DNA from: an uncultured Candidatus Rokubacteria bacterium
GTDB taxonomy: Bacteria > Methylomirabilota > Methylomirabilia > Rokubacteriales > CSP1-6
Assembly (NCBI GenBank): GCA_963762145.1
Contig: CAVXJS010000009.1
Location: forward strand, 822,410-886,409
DNA length: 64,000 bases
Reading direction: 5' to 3'
Shown: positions 22,661-37,203 of the stretch, piece after piece
Layout: the number at the start of each line of letters is the position of its first letter
How positions within the stretch are numbered: the first letter of the stretch is position 1
Made by a program: the position numbers and the translations under genes
Notes under the pieces: model-generated
What the model was told of the DNA's origin: nothing
The model's database searches: none
What the model saw: the letters and a program-made list of their open reading frames with translations, nothing else

Positions 22661-23551
22661 CTAGCGGCCGAGGCGCAGGATGCGTCCCACGCGCGACTGG
22701 CGCAGACGCGGGTCGAGGGCGTCGCGAATCCCCTCCCCCATGAGGTTGTACGAGAGCACCGTGACGAGGATGGCGAGGCCCGGGTAGAGCGTCATCCACC
22801 ACGCGATCTCGATGTAGTCGCGCCCGTCGTTGAGGATATTGCCCCACGTGGCGTAGGGCGGCTGGACACCCAGCCCCAGGAACGACAGCCCGGCCTCGGT
22901 CAGGATGGCGGCGGGAATCCCGAGGGTCATCGCGACCAGGATGGGCGCGATGGCGTTCGGCAGGATGTGGCGGAAGATGATGCGCATCGCCCCCGCTCCC
23001 ACCGACTCCGACCAGATCACGAATTCGCGCTCGCGCAGGGTCAGGAACTCCGCCCGCACGAGCCGGGCCACGCCCATCCAGCCGGTCAGGCCGATCACGG
23101 TCATGATGGTCCAGATCGACGGCTTGAGGAACGCGAGCACGGCCAGCAGCAGGAAGAAGCGCGGGAACACCAGCATCAGGTCCACCAGGCGCATCACGAT
23201 GTTGTCCACCGTGCCGCCGTGATAGCCGGCGGCCGCGCCGAGCAGGACTCCGATGAGGGCCGCGATGCCGACCGAGACGAAGCCCACCGCGAGCGAGATC
23301 CGCGAGCCGTAGAGCACGCGCGAGAGCACGTCGCGCCCGAGGGGATCGGTGCCGAGCCAGTGGCTGCTCGACGGCGGGGTCAGGATCTTCTTGGTGTCGG
23401 GCCGGTTGGGATCCCACGGGGCGAGCAGCGGGGCCAGGATCGCCAGGGTGACCAGCACCAGCACCACCGCGGCGCCGCACACCGCGAGCTGGTTGCGGGA
23501 GAACGTGCGCCAGAACTGGCGTATCTCCCCGCGCGAGGACGTCGGGGCCAC
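22661..23551 (-). CDS. oppC: Peptide/nickel ABC transporter permease (OppC/DppC)
   Basis: HWLGTDPLGRDVLSR, IIFRHILPN, EAGLSFLGLG. Confidence 0.9.
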   Translation of the reverse strand: MAPTSSRGEIRQFWRTFSRNQLAVCGAAVVLVLVTLAILAPLLAPWDPNRPDTKKILTPPSSSHWLGTDPLGRDVLSRVLYGSRISLAVGFVSVGIAALIGVLLGAAAGYHGGTVDNIVMRLVDLMLVFPRFFLLLAVLAFLKPSIWTIMTVIGLTGWMGVARLVRAEFLTLREREFVIWSESVGAGAMRIIFRHILPNAIAPILVAMTLGIPAAILTEAGLSFLGLGVQPPYATWGNILNDGRDYIEIAWWMTLYPGLAILVTVLSYNLMGEGIRDALDPRLRQSRVGRILRLGR

Positions 23552-23552
23552 G

Positions 23553-24545
23553 TCAGCGATTCCGCCGCCGTCCGCCGAAGCGGATGCGCGGGTCCACGAG
23601 ACCGTAGGTGATGTCGGCCACGAGGTTCGCCACCAGGGTCAGCGTCGCCACGATGACCAGGTTCCCCATCACCACCGGGTAGTCGCGGGAGAAGACCGAC
23701 TGCACCATGAGCTGGCCCATCCCCGGGATGGCGAAGATGGACTCGATGATGACGCTGCCGCCGATGAGCCCGGGCAGGGCCAGGGCCAGGATCGTGACCA
23801 CCGGCAGCAGCGCGTTCCGCAGGGCGTGCTTGCTGATCACCATCCGCTCCGACAGTCCCTTGGCCCGAGCGGTCTGCACGTAGTCCTGGCGCACCACCTC
23901 GAGCATGCTCTGCCGCATGTAGCGCGAGAAGCCGGCGAGCCCGCCGAAGGTGGCCACCACGATGGGCAGGACCAGGTGCGAGAAGAAATCCCACTGCTGC
24001 TGCCAGAACGACAGGTACTCCCAGTTCAGGGAGCGCAGGCCCGAGATGGGCAGCCAGCCGAGCTGCACCCCGAAGAGAATCATCAGGAGCAGGGCCAGCC
24101 AGAAGTCCGGGGTGGCGAAGCCCACGAACACGAAGATCGTGGTGATCTTGTCGTAGAGCGAGTACTGCCGGGTGGCCGAGAGCACCCCGATGGGGACCGC
24201 GAGCCCCACGATGATCGCCATCTCGATCAGGTTCAGGAACAGCGTGACCGGCAGTCGCTCGCCGATCTTGGCGAGGACGGGGCGGCCGTCGGGCAGGAAG
24301 GAGCGGCCGAAGTCCAGGCGCACCGCGCGCTTCAGCCACTGCCAGTACTGCACGTGGATGGGCTGGTCCAGCCCGAACTCCTTGATCAGCCGCTCCTTGA
24401 CCTCCACCGAGGCGTTCGGGTCCTCCGGGGTCAGGAAGTCGAGGGGCCCGCCGGGCGCCAGGCTGATGACCACGTAGGAGACGAAGGTGATGCCGAGCAG
24501 GAGCGGGATCGCGAGGAGGAGCCGGCGGAGCGCGAAGAGCGCCAT
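23553..24545 (-). CDS. oppB: Peptide/nickel ABC transporter permease (OppB/DppB)
   Basis: DYVQTARAKGL, KHALRNALLP, IESIFAIPGMG. Confidence 0.9.
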   Translation of the reverse strand: MALFALRRLLLAIPLLLGITFVSYVVISLAPGGPLDFLTPEDPNASVEVKERLIKEFGLDQPIHVQYWQWLKRAVRLDFGRSFLPDGRPVLAKIGERLPVTLFLNLIEMAIIVGLAVPIGVLSATRQYSLYDKITTIFVFVGFATPDFWLALLLMILFGVQLGWLPISGLRSLNWEYLSFWQQQWDFFSHLVLPIVVATFGGLAGFSRYMRQSMLEVVRQDYVQTARAKGLSERMVISKHALRNALLPVVTILALALPGLIGGSVIIESIFAIPGMGQLMVQSVFSRDYPVVMGNLVIVATLTLVANLVADITYGLVDPRIRFGGRRRNR

Positions 24546-26156
24546 CTAGCCGGAGGTATATCGCTGCTGTTGCTTCGGGACGAACCACTCGGTGAAGTTG
24601 TGGAGGATGCCCGACGGCGCCGGGCTCACGCCGTGGATCCGCCCGGCGACCACCGGCAGTGCGTCCGCGGTGTAGAGGAAGATCATCGGCAGGTCCTCGG
24701 CGAGGATCTGCTGGATGCGGTGATAGTACTGCACCCGCTCCGCCTGGACGCACGACGAGCGCCCGAGCTCCAGGAGGCGATCCACCTCGGCGTTGGCGTA
24801 GCCGGTCCGGTTCATCTGGTCCGGACCCCGCTGGGAGGAGTGCCACACCACGAACTGGTCCGGGTCGGTGCCGCTGCCCAGGCCCAGCACCACGACCTCG
24901 AATCGCCGCGGCTTGACGAATTCCTTGATGAACGCGGCCCATTCGATGAGCTGGATGTCGACCTTGATGCCGATCTCCTTGAGGCGCTGCTGGATGATCT
25001 CGGCGATCTTCTTCCGCTCGTCGTTGCCCTGGTTGGTGCGGATGGTGAGGGTGAACGGCTTGCCGTCCTTGTCCTCGATGAGGCCGTCCCCGTCGCGATC
25101 CTTCCACCCCGCCTCCGCCAGCAGGGCCTTCGCCTTCTCCGGATCGAACGGGAAACGCTTCACGTCGTCGGTGTAGGCCCACGTGCCGGGCCGGACGGGG
25201 CCGGTGGCCTCCCGGGCCAGGCCCAGCCGGACCCCGTCGATGAGCTCCTGCTTGTTGACCGCGTGGGCGAAGGCCTGGCGAACCCGCAGGTCCGCGAACC
25301 GGGGATCCTTGAGGTTGAAGCCGACGAATGTGTAGCCGCTCCCCGGGTAGCGGAACTTGTGGTAGGACTTGCGGAACGCGGGATACTCCGTCTGACGCGC
25401 GTACTGGATGCCGGTGAGGCTGCTCGCGTAGTCCACGCCCTGGGCCTTCAGCTCGAGAAAGATGGTGGCCTGGCTCGGGATGACGCGGTAGACGATCCGG
25501 CTGAGGTACGGCCGGCCCTCGAAGTAGTCCGGGTTCGCGACCAGGACCACCTTCTCGCCCGGCTTCCACTCCTGGAACCGGTACGGGCCGGTGCCGACGG
25601 GATGGCTGTTCTGGGGCGATTCGCGCAAGGTGCCCGCCTCCGCGAAGGACTGCAGGGGGTGCTTGGGCAGCATGTAGGTGTTCCACGTCTCGAGCGCCCG
25701 CGCGTAGGGCTTGTCGTAGGTCACCCGCACCGTGTATGGATCGGGCGCCTGCACGTCCTTCACGAGCAGGAACCCTTCCTTGAAGGGCGCCGGGGTCTTC
25801 GGATTGATCATCGTCTGGTACGTGAACAGCACATCGTCGGCCGTGAAGGGCCGGCCGTCGTGCCACTTCACGTCCCGGCGCAGCTTGAAGGTCAGCTCGA
25901 GACAGTCGGGGCTATAGGTCCACGACTCCGCCATCGACGGAACCATCTTGAGATCCCGGTCGAGCTTGACGAGCCCGTCGTAGATCATCCCGCCAACCTC
26001 GTGCGAGGACGCGTCGGAGGTGAGGCTCGGAATCAGGCCGCCGATGTCGCCGATGGATGCCTGGATGAACGTGTCGCCGTAGGCGGGCGCGCCGCCCGTG
26101 GTCGGCCCGTCGTCCGACCGGCTCTCGATCGGCCCGTTGCAGGCCGCGGCGAGCAA
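24546..26156 (-). CDS. oppA: Peptide ABC transporter substrate-binding lipoprotein (family 5); true start may be ATG 26211 with one indel
   Basis: LAAAC lipobox, VKWHDGRPFTADDVLFT, PVGTGPY. Confidence 0.9.
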   Translation of the reverse strand: MLAAACNGPIESRSDDGPTTGGAPAYGDTFIQASIGDIGGLIPSLTSDASSHEVGGMIYDGLVKLDRDLKMVPSMAESWTYSPDCLELTFKLRRDVKWHDGRPFTADDVLFTYQTMINPKTPAPFKEGFLLVKDVQAPDPYTVRVTYDKPYARALETWNTYMLPKHPLQSFAEAGTLRESPQNSHPVGTGPYRFQEWKPGEKVVLVANPDYFEGRPYLSRIVYRVIPSQATIFLELKAQGVDYASSLTGIQYARQTEYPAFRKSYHKFRYPGSGYTFVGFNLKDPRFADLRVRQAFAHAVNKQELIDGVRLGLAREATGPVRPGTWAYTDDVKRFPFDPEKAKALLAEAGWKDRDGDGLIEDKDGKPFTLTIRTNQGNDERKKIAEIIQQRLKEIGIKVDIQLIEWAAFIKEFVKPRRFEVVVLGLGSGTDPDQFVVWHSSQRGPDQMNRTGYANAEVDRLLELGRSSCVQAERVQYYHRIQQILAEDLPMIFLYTADALPVVAGRIHGVSPAPSGILHNFTEWFVPKQQQRYTSG

Positions 26157-26223
26157 GCCACAAGCGAGCCCAGCCCAGGAGGGAGCGACCGGGCGCCCGA
26201 TGTCTCGGCATGAGGGCCGGCGG

Positions 26224-26583
26224 CTATTTCTGCGGAGCGGGCGGAGCCGGCGCCGGGGTGGCCGCGGGAGCGCCGGGAGTGACCGCGGGCGCGCTGGGCG
26301 CGGCCGGGGTCGCGGGCGCCGCGGGGCCCGATGCGGGCATGATCGACTGCGCCCGATGGTGCGACATCATGGAGAGCCCGAACGAGGTGATCATGAACAG
26401 GGCCGCGACCACCCCGGTCGCCTTGCCGAGCACGGTGGGCGTGCCCATGGAGCCGAACACCGCCTGGCTACCGCTGCCGCCGAACGCGGAGCCGATGTCG
26501 GCGCCCTTCCCGGCCTGGAGCAGCACGAGCCCGATGATCACCAGGCTGACGATGACGTGGATGGTGATGAGGAGAATGAACAT
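26224..26583 (-). CDS. secG: Preprotein translocase subunit SecG
   Basis: VLLQAGKGADIGSAFGGSGSQAVFGS; follows tpiA. Confidence 0.95.
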   Translation of the reverse strand: MFILLITIHVIVSLVIIGLVLLQAGKGADIGSAFGGSGSQAVFGSMGTPTVLGKATGVVAALFMITSFGLSMMSHHRAQSIMPASGPAAPATPAAPSAPAVTPGAPAATPAPAPPAPQK

Positions 26584-26592
26584 GGCGAAGCC

Positions 26593-27372
26593 TTACTCCT
26601 TCGAAGTGCCGCTGCGGGCGGCCGACTTCTTTGCGATGGTGATGAATCCGGGCGCCTGCAGGCTGGCGCCGCCCACGAGGACCCCGTCGATGTCGGGCTG
26701 CTCGGTGAGGGCCTGGGCATTGTCGGGCTTGACGCTGCCGCCATAGAGGATGCGCATCGACTGCGCCAGCTCCTTGGACGCGACCTCGGAGACGAGCCCG
26801 CGAAGGTACCCGTGCACCTCGGCGGCCTGGCCCGGGGTGGCGTTGACGCCGGTGCCGATGGCCCAGACCGGTTCATAGGCGAGCACGCAGCGCGCGAGAT
26901 CGTCGGGCGAGAGCCCGGCCCAGCCGGCGCGGAGCTGTCCCTCCACCACCGTGAAGGTGAGTCCCTGGCGCCGCTCCGCTTCCGTCTCGCCGACACAGAG
27001 CACCGGGCGCATGCCGTGGCGCAGGGCCGCGCCCACCTTGCGGTTGATCTCCTCGTCGGTCTCCCGGAAGACGTGGCGGCGCTCCGAGTGCCCGATCAGG
27101 ACCCAGCGGCAGCCCAGCTCCGCGAGCATGGCGGGCGAGATCTCGCCGGTGAAGGCGCCCTGCTCCTCCCAGTGGCAATTCTGTGCCCCGAGCGCCACCG
27201 CGGCGCCCTTGAGGATCTCGGCCACCGCGGGGAGCGCGGTGAAGGGCGGGCACACCACCACCTCCACGCCCCGCGGACGCTTGAGTCCGTCGCGGACGGA
27301 CTGGGCGAGCTCCCGCGCGGCCGCCTGCGTGCCGTGCATCTTCCAGTTGCCGACCACGAGCGGCGTGCGCAT
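26593..27372 (-). CDS. tpiA: Triosephosphate isomerase
   Basis: GNWKM, GHSERR, AYEPVWAIGTG, YGGSVKP. Confidence 0.97.
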   Translation of the reverse strand: MRTPLVVGNWKMHGTQAAARELAQSVRDGLKRPRGVEVVVCPPFTALPAVAEILKGAAVALGAQNCHWEEQGAFTGEISPAMLAELGCRWVLIGHSERRHVFRETDEEINRKVGAALRHGMRPVLCVGETEAERRQGLTFTVVEGQLRAGWAGLSPDDLARCVLAYEPVWAIGTGVNATPGQAAEVHGYLRGLVSEVASKELAQSMRILYGGSVKPDNAQALTEQPDIDGVLVGGASLQAPGFITIAKKSAARSGTSKE

Positions 27373-28559
27373 CAGGCCGCCTCGTCGAGCGCGGCGACCC
27401 CCGGGAGCACCCGACCCTCGAGGAACTCGAGGAACGCGCCGCCCGCGGTGGAGACGTAGCCGATCCGGTCCATGACGCCCGCCTGCTGCACTGCCGCGAT
27501 CGTGTCGCCGCCCCCGATCACCGAGAACGCGCCGGAGTCCGCGACCGCGCGCCCCACTCCGAGCGTGCCCGCCGCGAACGGCTCCTTCTCGAAGACCCCC
27601 ATCGGGCCGTTCCAGATGATGGTCCCGGCGCCCTTGAGGGCGGTGGCGAACTGGATGACCGTCGCGGGACCGATGTCGAGCCCCATCAGATCCTCCGGGA
27701 TCTCTCGGATGGCTACGGTGCGGAGGCCGGTCACCGCGTCCAGCCCCGAGGCCGCCACGACGTCCACCGGCAGCCGGAGCGGGATGCCGCGGGTGCGGGC
27801 CCGCTCCAGGATGGCGCGCGCAGCGTCCAGGCGGTCGGGCTCGAGCAGGGAGCGCCCGACGCCGTGGCCCATCGCCTTCAGGAAGGTGAACGCCATGCCG
27901 CCGCCGATGGCGAGGCCGTCCACGCGATCGAGCAGGTGCTCGACCAGGCCGAGCTTGTCGGACACCTTGGCCCCGCCGAGCACGGCCCAGAGCGGGCGCT
28001 CGGGCCGCTCGAAGATGCGCTCGAGCGCGGCCAGCTCCCGCGCCATGAGCAGTCCCGCCGCCGCGGGCTTGAGATGGCGGGCGATGCCCTCGGTCGAGGC
28101 GTGGGCGCGATGGGCCGCCGCGAACGCGTCGTTGACGTAGACGTTCGCCAGCCCGGCGAGCGACCGCGCGAAGGCGTCGTCGTTGGCTTCCTCCTCGGCG
28201 TGAAAGCGCAGGTTCTCGAGAAGCACCACGTCACCCGGCCGGAGGGCGCGCGCGCGCTCCTCCACCTCCGGGCCCACGCAGTCCGGGAGCAGGGACACCG
28301 GGCGGCCCAGCAGCGCCTCGATCCGCTCGGCCACCGGACGCAGCGAGTACTTCGGATCGGGCTTGCCCTTGGGCCGCCCGAGATGAGAGGCGAGGATCAG
28401 CGCGGCGCCGCCCTCGAGGCAGCAGTCGATGGTGGGCCGCACCGCGGTGATCCGCGTGTCGTCAGTCACCCGCGCGCCGTCCAGGGGCACGTTGAAGTCG
28501 GCCCGCAGGAAGACGCGCTTCCCGGACAGGTCGAGCTGATCGACGACGAGCTTCGCCAC
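27372..28559 (-). CDS. pgk: Phosphoglycerate kinase
   Basis: RADFNVPL, SHLGRP, LLENLRF, WNGPMGVFE. Confidence 0.97.
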   Translation of the reverse strand: MAKLVVDQLDLSGKRVFLRADFNVPLDGARVTDDTRITAVRPTIDCCLEGGAALILASHLGRPKGKPDPKYSLRPVAERIEALLGRPVSLLPDCVGPEVEERARALRPGDVVLLENLRFHAEEEANDDAFARSLAGLANVYVNDAFAAAHRAHASTEGIARHLKPAAAGLLMARELAALERIFERPERPLWAVLGGAKVSDKLGLVEHLLDRVDGLAIGGGMAFTFLKAMGHGVGRSLLEPDRLDAARAILERARTRGIPLRLPVDVVAASGLDAVTGLRTVAIREIPEDLMGLDIGPATVIQFATALKGAGTIIWNGPMGVFEKEPFAAGTLGVGRAVADSGAFSVIGGGDTIAAVQQAGVMDRIGYVSTAGGAFLEFLEGRVLPGVAALDEAA

Positions 28560-28587
28560 GGAGACGGCGGCGCGGCCGCGGGCCCGG

Positions 28588-30562
<1,975 letters not shown>

Positions 30563-31577
30563 CGGTCAACCCAGCGCGCGTGGGCGGCGCCGCACACCGT
30601 GCACCGGTGCGGCCATTCGATCCGATCGCTCTCGCGGAGCGCACGCCGGTACTCCTCCATCGCGTCCCGGAACTGTCCCCGCCGCTCGAGGATCGCCCCG
30701 AGGTAGGCGTGGATGAGGGGCAGCTCGGGGGCGCGTACCTCCATCTTCTGGAATTGCTCCGCCGCCTCGTCGAGCATCGCGAGCTCGAAGTAGACACGGC
30801 CCAGCCCGAAGGCGAGCGCCAGGTTGTCGGGCTGGCGCGCGAGCGCGTCCTGGTAGAGCGAGATCATCCGCGTGGGCCGGCCCTCGGCCCGATGCAGCTG
30901 CTCGATCCGCGAAAGCACCGGCAGAGCCGGGTGCGCAGCCTCGGCCGCCCGCTCCCAGACCCGCAGCGCCTCGCGCGGCTCGCCCGCCTTGAGATGCACC
31001 TCGCCCAGAAGCAGGGCCGCGGGGACGAAGTCGGGCTGGGTCCGGAGGGCGTCCTTCAGATGCGAAGCCGCGCCGGCCCGATCCCCCTTCTCGAGCCGCT
31101 CCCGGCCGATCTCGTAGTGCAGGCCCGCCAGCAGCGCACCCTCCGCCGCCCGCTCTTCCCGCGGGGCCGCCTGCACCACGCGCGCCTGGATCTCGAGCGC
31201 CTCCGCGAAGCGCCGGCGCTCGATCAACGCGTCGCGCCCCGCCTGCGGGGCCGCGGGACGCGCGGGCTCGCGCGAAGCCTCCGGCTCGCGGACGGGAGCG
31301 GCCGGCGCCGGACGCGGGGCGCTCTCGATCGGCTCGGGGCGCCGCGCGTAAGAGCGGGTGACGTCGCGCAGGATGCCGAGCAGCAGGGCCAGAGCCGCGC
31401 CCGCCCCGAACACGACCGCGATCAGGGCCATCAGGGGCATGTCGAAGGCCCAGTCGCCGCCGAGGGCGACGTGCACGCGACTGGGATTGATGGAGGTCAG
31501 GTAGGTGACGACAATGGCGAAAAGAAGGCCGACGACGAGCCCGAGGCGGATCGACACGACGGAGCGGAGCGGCCGCG

Positions 31578-31943
31578 CTAGCGGGCCGCGGTGCGCTCTT
31601 CCTCTTCGATCGCGCGCTGGCACTCGATGCAGTAGCGCGCGTCCGGCACCGCGTCCAGGCGCTTGTCGGCGATCGGCTCGCCGCAGCGCTCGCAGTCCCC
31701 GAACCCGCCCTCGGTGATCTTCTGCAGCGCGAGCGCGACCTCCTTCAGCCTCCGGCGCTCGCCGTTGCCCAGCTCGAACAGGAACTCGCGATTGTAGGCG
31801 GAAGAGGCCTGGTCACCCAGGTCCTTGATGGAATCGTCTTCGGGGCCCTTCCCATAGAGGACGTTCCGGCCCACCTCCTCCTCGAGCTGGCGATGCTTCT
31901 CCTCCAGCTTCTTCCGGAGCTGAACCAAACGGTCTTTCTTCAT
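31578..31943 (-). CDS. dksA: DksA/TraR C4 zinc-finger protein
   Basis: DLGDQAS, FGDCERCGEPI..RLDAVPDARYCIECQ. Confidence 0.85.
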   Translation of the reverse strand: MKKDRLVQLRKKLEEKHRQLEEEVGRNVLYGKGPEDDSIKDLGDQASSAYNREFLFELGNGERRRLKEVALALQKITEGGFGDCERCGEPIADKRLDAVPDARYCIECQRAIEEEERTAAR

Positions 31944-32012
31944 CTCTGGCCTCCTATCGCTTCACGCGGCGTCGCCGCTAGTCGCGCAGGCTACCATGGG
32001 GTCCTACTCAAA

Positions 32013-32381
32013 TCAATCCCGGGCGCGCGCTCCCTCGACCGAGACGAGCGGCGCGTCCCCCCACAGCCGCTCCAGCGAGTAGAACCCGCGCGTTTCCTCG
32101 AGAAAGACGTGGATCACCACGTCGGCGTAGTCGAGGAGAAGCCAGCCGCTCTCCGCGCTGCCCTCGTTGTGCCGCGGCCGCACGCCCTCCGCGCGGAGCG
32201 CGCCGCGGACCGCGTCCGCGATGGTGTCGGCCTGCGGAGTCGATCGCGCGCTGCAGACGAGAAAGAAGTCGGCCACGCTCGACAGCCCCTCCAGGTTCAG
32301 CACCACCAGATCGATCGCCTTCTTCTCCAGGGCCGCGCGGGCGGCCACCCGGACCACGGCTTCGGCGGACAGGATGGCCAT
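32013..32381 (-). CDS. rsfS: Ribosome silencing factor
   Basis: EKKAIDLVVL, WLLLDYADVVIHVF, FYSLERLWGDA. Confidence 0.95.
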   Translation of the reverse strand: MAILSAEAVVRVAARAALEKKAIDLVVLNLEGLSSVADFFLVCSARSTPQADTIADAVRGALRAEGVRPRHNEGSAESGWLLLDYADVVIHVFLEETRGFYSLERLWGDAPLVSVEGARARD

Positions 32382-33028
32382 CAGGCCTCCGGACGGTAGA
32401 GGTGCTGGTCGCGGATGTAGGACACCACCGCCTCCGGCATGCGGAAGGCGAGGCTCCGGCCCTCGCGAGCGCGCCGGCGCAGGTCCGAGCCCGAGATGGG
32501 CAGGGACGCGGCGTGCAACAGCATCGGGGCCGGATCGTCCTGAGGCTCGACCCCGGCGCGCACGAAGCCGGGCAGGCCGAGCTCGCGCATCACCTTGAGC
32601 GCGGCGGGGGTCTCCGGGTCGAACGCCATCCCGTTGCGCGGGATCACCACCAGGCGCGCGAGCGCCGCGACCCGCCGCGGCTCGCGCCAGCTCAGCAGAT
32701 CCAGGAACGTCTCGGATCCGATGACGAGGTGGAGCCGTCCCCGGTCCTGCAGCGCGGCCAGGGTGTCCACCGTGTAGGACGGGCCGCTCCGCTTGATCTC
32801 GACGTCGGAGACCTCGAAGCGCGGGTGCTCGCGGACCGCGAGCGCGGTCATCCGGTACCGATGGGCCGCCGGCGCCAGCTCGGCCGCCGGCTTGTGAGGC
32901 GGCTGCGCCGCCGGCACCAGGAGCAGGCGATCGAGGGCAAGCGACTCGCAGACTTCGTCGGCCACGAGGAGGTGGCCGAAGTGGATCGGGTTGAACGATC
33001 CACCGAAGACGCCGACGCGCGGCTGCAG
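32381..33028 (-). CDS. nadD: Nicotinate-nucleotide adenylyltransferase (probable CTG start)
   Basis: GVFGGSFNPIHFGH, PPHK, GPSYTVDTL, ISGSDLRRR. Confidence 0.92.
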   Translation of the reverse strand: MQPRVGVFGGSFNPIHFGHLLVADEVCESLALDRLLLVPAAQPPHKPAAELAPAAHRYRMTALAVREHPRFEVSDVEIKRSGPSYTVDTLAALQDRGRLHLVIGSETFLDLLSWREPRRVAALARLVVIPRNGMAFDPETPAALKVMRELGLPGFVRAGVEPQDDPAPMLLHAASLPISGSDLRRRAREGRSLAFRMPEAVVSYIRDQHLYRPEA

Positions 33029-33032
33029 GCGG

Positions 33033-34289
33033 CTACTCCCGGATATGCCCGTCGCCCCACACCACGAACTTGGTGGTGGTCAGCTCGCGCACCCCGACCG
33101 GTCCCCGGGCGTGAACGCGGGAGGTGGAAATGCCCATCTCGGCGCCCATCCCGAACTGGCTGCCATCCACGAGCCGCGTCGACGCGTTGACCAGCACCGC
33201 CGCCGCGTCCACCTCCTGGGTGAACCGCCGGGCGCGCCGCAGGTCACGGGTGACGATGGATTCGGCCAGTCCCGAGCCGTGCCGCCGGATGTGGGCGACC
33301 GCGTCCTCGAAGCTCTCCACCACCCGCACCGCCAGGACGTAGTCGAGATACTCGGTGTCCCAGTCCGCGGGCTCGGCCGGGCGGGCGCCGGGCATGAGGG
33401 CCCGGGCCGCCGTGTCCGCGCGCGTCTCGACGCCCGCCTCCGCGAGCCGGGCGGCCAGCCGCGGCAGGAACGCGGGCGCGACGGCCGCGTGCACGAGCAG
33501 GGTCTCCAGCGCGTTGCAGACGCTGACCCGCTGGGCCTTCGCGTTGACCGCCACCGCCACCGCCATGTCGAGATCCGCGCTCTCGTCCACGTACAGGTGG
33601 CAGAGCCCCTTGTCGTGCTTGAGCACCGGGACCGTCGAGCGCTCCGCGACGAGCCGCACGAACTCCTCGCCCCCGCGCGGGATGATGAGGTCGAGGTAGC
33701 GGTCGAGCGTCAGCATCGCCAGCACCGCGGCGCGGTCCGCCGTCTCCACCGCCTGGATGATCTCGGGCGGCAGGCCCGCCTTTTCCACCGCCCGGGCCAG
33801 GATCTGGGCCAGCATCATGTTAGACTCCAGGGCCTCGCTCCCGCCGCGCAGCAGCACCGCGTTGCCCGACTTGAGACAGAGGCCGGCCGCGTCGGCGGTC
33901 ACGTTCGGACGCGACTCGTAGATGAAGCCGATGACCCCCAGGGGAACGCGCACGCGCGCGATCTCGAGGCCGGAGGGTCGGCGCGAGGTCTCGACGGTCT
34001 CGCCCACCGGATCGGGGAGGCCGGCCACGTGGCGCAGGCCCGCCGCCATCTCCTCGATGCGACTCTCGGTGAGCGTGAGGCGATCCACGAAGGCGCGGGG
34101 GTGGCCCGCGGTGCGGGCGCGCTCCAGATCCTGCCGGTTGGCCTCCAGGATCGCCCCCGACTTCTCCTCGAGGCCGCGCGCCATCTGGGCGAGGGCCTCG
34201 TTCTTGGTCCGGGTCGGCGCCAGCGCGAGCACCCGCGCCGCGTCCTTGGCCGCCCGGGCCTTCGCTTCCACGTGTGCCGCCGCGTCCAT
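33033..34289 (-). CDS. proA: Gamma-glutamyl phosphate reductase
   Basis: PLGVIGFIYESRPNVT, VCNALETLLV, FGMGAEMGIST. Confidence 0.96.
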   Translation of the reverse strand: MDAAAHVEAKARAAKDAARVLALAPTRTKNEALAQMARGLEEKSGAILEANRQDLERARTAGHPRAFVDRLTLTESRIEEMAAGLRHVAGLPDPVGETVETSRRPSGLEIARVRVPLGVIGFIYESRPNVTADAAGLCLKSGNAVLLRGGSEALESNMMLAQILARAVEKAGLPPEIIQAVETADRAAVLAMLTLDRYLDLIIPRGGEEFVRLVAERSTVPVLKHDKGLCHLYVDESADLDMAVAVAVNAKAQRVSVCNALETLLVHAAVAPAFLPRLAARLAEAGVETRADTAARALMPGARPAEPADWDTEYLDYVLAVRVVESFEDAVAHIRRHGSGLAESIVTRDLRRARRFTQEVDAAAVLVNASTRLVDGSQFGMGAEMGISTSRVHARGPVGVRELTTTKFVVWGDGHIRE

Positions 34290-34306
34290 GGTCCCTCTCC
34301 CCACGC

Positions 34307-36459
<2,153 letters not shown>

Positions 36460-36720
36460 TCAGGCGGTCTGCTGCTGGGCGATGCTGATGTACTTGTCGT
36501 CGCCCTTGCGCTCGAACTTCACGTAGCCGTCGGCCTTGGCGAACAGCGTGTGGTCCACGCCCAGGCCCACGTTGGTGCCCGGCTTGAACCGGGTCCCGCG
36601 CTGCCGGACGAGGATGCTGCCGGCGGTGACGAACTGCCCGCCGAAGCGCTTCACCCCCAGCATCTGGGGATTGGAATCGCGACCGTTCCTCGAGCTGCCG
36701 ACACCCTTCTTGTGCGCCAT
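36460..36720 (-). CDS. rpmA: 50S ribosomal protein L27
   Basis: [16 protein letters not shown]. Confidence 0.98.
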   Translation of the reverse strand: MAHKKGVGSSRNGRDSNPQMLGVKRFGGQFVTAGSILVRQRGTRFKPGTNVGLGVDHTLFAKADGYVKFERKGDDKYISIAQQQTA

Positions 36721-36723
36721 GGC

Positions 36724-37035
36724 CTAGACCTCGATCTTGGTGATGCGCACCGCGGTCATGGTCTGCCGATGCCCGCGGTGACGCCGGTAGTTCTTCCGCC
36801 GCTTGAACTTCACGACCAGGACCTTGGCGCCTCGACGCTCGGCCACCACCTCGCCGGTGACCTTGGCCGAGGCGAGCGCCTTCGAATCGATCGTCACCTG
36901 CCCGTCCTGGTTGACCAGGAGGACCTCGGTGAACTCCACCGCGGCGCCCTTGTCCTTGCCCAGCCGCTCGACCCGGATCACCTGCCCCGGAGCCACGCGA
37001 TACTGCTTGCCTCCTGTCGCGATCACCGCTTCCAT
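36724..37035 (-). CDS. rplU: 50S ribosomal protein L21
   Basis: [22 protein letters not shown]. Confidence 0.98.
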   Translation of the reverse strand: MEAVIATGGKQYRVAPGQVIRVERLGKDKGAAVEFTEVLLVNQDGQVTIDSKALASAKVTGEVVAERRGAKVLVVKFKRRKNYRRHRGHRQTMTAVRITKIEV

Positions 37036-37203
37036 GCCGACGACCTTTCTATCCCCTGCTGCGGTTCGTGGTCCAGTTCGTGTGGCCGGTTCGTGAATGC
37101 CGCTCGTGGGATGCCACTGCGTCCGTCGCGTAGACTTGCCGCGAGCGCCTATCTGACCATAGGCGCGGGCCGAAAGTCAAGCCGGACGGGGCTTTAGGCG
37201 CCC

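Noticed and set aside
23349-26213. 954-aa plus-strand ORF and similar long overlapping ORFs (e.g. 40875-42884, 32991-34358)
   Set aside because: These are antisense shadows of real high-GC genes with no recognisable motifs.
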